Source: Cystobasidiomycetes sp. EMM_F5 (taxonomy: Eukaryota). Taken from it: DNA of 64,000 bases. This document shows positions 62,536 through 64,000 of this stretch, in pieces. How positions within the stretch are numbered: the first letter of the stretch is position 1; each line of letters begins with the position of its first letter. The stretch is taken from NCBI GenBank assembly GCA_051047955.1, contig JBPGPT010000002.1:124001-188000 (forward strand). The letters are read 5' to 3'. Both the position numbers and the translations under genes were made by a program. Below the pieces are notes generated by a model. That model saw only the letters and a program-made list of their open reading frames with translations. It was not told where the DNA came from and did not search any database.

Positions 62536-64000
62536 ATGCTTCTCCTGTACGAACTTACTGCAAGGGAGCACGAGCGATACATTGATCTTCTCGGGATTGA
62601 TGTGAGCGCTCAAGATGCTCTGGCTCGAATCACTCGAGAAAGGGCCGACGGGACCAACAGATCCGCTTCTCCGGAGCCGGTGTACGCTCCTGCTCTGTCG
62701 GGGTTGGATTTCTGGCAGGAATCGGCAGAGCAGACGACGTCTTCGTCTCTTGCACCTACGACTTCCCACGAGACGCTCAGCAAAAGCGTTACTGCCGTTT
62801 TGAGTCTGCCAAAACCAGCACAACCAACTGAGGCCGAAATACAAGATTATATCACTAGGCTGTCTGATTTGCCAGACAAATGCGGAGCTTCAGCTATTGA
62901 TGAAGATGTACGCAACGCCTACCGTCTTCAGCTCAAAGGACAAGCAAAAGCAAGTGACAACGGCCCGTCAAACCTCGAACGATTGATCGGGCTCTTTATC
63001 GACTGCTACGAAGCGAAACTTGTCCGACAAGAATCGCTTGCTGGTCAGTGTCATCACATCGATTTGTATGCAGAGGGGGGCGGAGTGTCTCGAGCGACCG
63101 TGAGGGCTGCCTCACCGCGAGGAGCGGCAGCAGAGACTGCAGAAGGCGTGCCGCCGGACCGTAGTCACATTGTCCGACAGCTCGATGATGACAGAAAACA
63201 CCTTGTGAGCTCCGCGTTACTTCGAGAATTGACCATCAGCTGGCCGCTGACTGTGTAATCGGTATCCGCTGAGCAAAGCCTGTCAAGCGGCATTCCCCAA
63301 CTTCGACAGTGGCATCATTGACGTCCGGTGCAACAACAGCGTCGTCGCTTATGCTAGCCACACCACAAGACGCTGATATAAACGATAGGAAGATAACATC
63401 AAGTACAACAAAGAGCAACGAACGCTCACCATTCTCACATTTAGCTCCTACGTTCGTCGACCGAAACAGCGGTCACACATCCACCCGCGCTCGAAAACCA
63501 CTTTCTACTAAATTAGCTGTCTTTAGAGAGTTAGCTGATCGTATTTCTAAAATCAGTCGATTCCGACAGCCTTCTCACGCCGTTAAAGCTCGCAAGATGT
63601 CGGCAGAGGTAGAAGTGGAGCCGATCGGGAGATCTGGCTGGTCGAAGGATATACCACGCAGTCAGCGTCCTGCAATCGCTTCTACTGAGGAGACAAAGGC
63701 AATCGAACCGACCGAAACCCCCATACACAATCCGACTTTAGACGAGTCGACGACCGAGCGACATCAAGTGCAGCAAGATCCGTCAATTCCGTCACTTAAT
63801 CACACCTCAGCAACAGGCGGTATGGCGTTGCAGCAGGATGTGGGTTCTGCGCGCCCTCACTCAGAGTTGAAACCGGTGCAGTCGAAGGGTCACGGCAGCG
63901 ACATCATAGTATACGATGCTGCGCATACAGCGAAGGTCGAGTCCGGACAAACTATAGCTCTCACTCTACAAGATCTGCTGCGGCAATTGGACTCGGCTGA
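62536..64000 (+). CDS. Unidentified gene, partial (runs off the window; start uncertain)
   Basis: 240-aa ORF followed by a stop-free frame from about 63290 to the window end (HSPTSTVAS...LQDLLRQLDSA). Confidence 0.45.

Noticed and set aside
1..64000. Transposons, CRISPR arrays, rRNA
   Set aside because: No transposase, RT or integrase motifs, no regular repeat-spacer arrays and no rRNA signatures seen.

Overview
Gene-dense eukaryotic DNA with many short (about 50-100 nt) spliceosomal introns. Gene content and architecture suggest a basidiomycete fungus, plausibly a Pucciniomycotina yeast (inference, no search run). Most of the window is housekeeping genes: a PBR1-like SDR, GGA, VMA4, chitin deacetylase, RPB4, two GH16 genes, GPI18, a Bin3/MePCE methyltransferase, a bHLH factor, a Ybp1/glomulin-like gene, RAD17, RAX1, a SAPS subunit, ULA1, an RMND1-like gene, PTPA, NASP/Sim3 and PRO2. 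The most unusual part is an accessory block at about 5.5-12.3 kb. It holds two tandem paralogs resembling, from memory, an uncharacterised phage/giant-virus/bacterial protein family. Here each carries two spliceosomal introns and a CxxH..CxxC extension. They are followed by two tandem DUF1772-like membrane genes and a Cys-rich secreted protein. A second orphan patch lies at about 56-58.2 kb. Gene models were assembled by eye, so some exon boundaries and start codons are approximate.
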